A stretch of 64,000 bases of DNA from Azolla caroliniana (lineage: Eukaryota; Plantae; Polypodiophyta). The first letter of the stretch is position 1, and each line of letters begins with the position of its first letter. The position numbers and the translations under genes were made by a program. The notes under the pieces were generated by a model. That model was not told where the DNA came from, did no database searches, and saw only the letters and a program-made list of their open reading frames with translations. The stretch is from assembly GCA_043228905.1 (NCBI GenBank), contig JBHGNT010000001.1, forward strand, positions 22,258,001 to 22,322,000. Direction: 5' to 3'. Below are positions 63,348 to 64,000 of the stretch, in pieces.

Positions 63348-64000
63348 TGATGGTGCAATTGTTGTCCACTGGACCTTAGGCTTAGACGAGTAGAATATAT
63401 TATTAGAAGCATTAAAGAAACGCATGTAACGGTTCACGCTAGGAGCGTAAGGGACTAAAAGCCTTGTGTATATAAAGGGCTGAAATCCTCTGTAAAGAGC
63501 TAGCGTGTAATTAGGGAGCTACCTTTTGTAATGCAATACTATCTTCTCTAATTCCCGTGTCTATGTAAGTCGTCTACTGATTCGGTGTAGTACTCTATCG
63601 GTAATTGTGGGCTAGTAAGCGTAGGGTAAGTGTGTATATGAGATCATGCACCGGTGAGATTCGGTTGTAGCCGTCTCCCTTCACGTCCAGATGATATGCT
63701 TTGCTTTGTAAGCTTGTTACATTTTGCGCACCTACGGATCTATTCCTTGCACCACAATCACCTTGAAGTCTACCTCGAAGGACTGAGAGTAGATAGCGTT
63801 CCTAATCGGTAACACTTTTGGCACGCTTGGTGGATTTGTGGTTTAGCACAGACGAGGTAAGGATGACTAGCCGTAGAAGAGCCAAAGAACCAACCCGACA
63901 AGATCGACGAGTGATGAGGTTTATCACTCGCCAGATAGAAGAGCACGCTAAGCAAAAACCTCGCCTCAACGACCACGACTGCTCCTTTCAGGAGTACATG
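63348..64000 (+). mobile_element. Probable LTR of another element inserted in the gypsy-D RT (runs off the window)
   Basis: RT homology stops abruptly at TG 63348. TATATAAAGGG near 63471. Confidence 0.6.

Overview
Eukaryotic, almost certainly land-plant, heterochromatin-type DNA; the element families look fern- or moss-like (inference). The window is a pile of nested, mostly decayed LTR retrotransposons plus a LINE remnant at the left edge, degenerate TA/TG microsatellite DNA and a purine-rich minisatellite. No host gene, rRNA, true tRNA or CRISPR array can be supported. Two Ty1/copia families are present: copia-A (Tnt1/Tork-like) and copia-B. Five Ty3/gypsy families are present: gypsy-A (Athila/Selgy-like, with a large extra sense ORF), gypsy-B (Tcn1/sushi-like), gypsy-C (tRNA-Trp primed), gypsy-D (chromovirus) and gypsy-E (short LTRs, tRNA-Ala-like PBS). 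Target-site duplications (TSDs) and interrupted reading frames resolve nesting four levels deep. The most notable signals are: (1) antisense tRNA-like A-box/B-box modules in the U3 of three different gypsy LTR types; (2) a ~970-codon extra ORF in gypsy-A with its own TATA box and a conserved C-terminus, in a family that lacks a PPT; (3) a -1 slippery site plus H-type pseudoknot between protease and RT in gypsy-C; (4) a gypsy-B LTR that combines a dense heat-shock-element array with a Tf1-like self-priming PBS. Coordinates were read by eye; boundaries marked approximate may be off by tens of bases.
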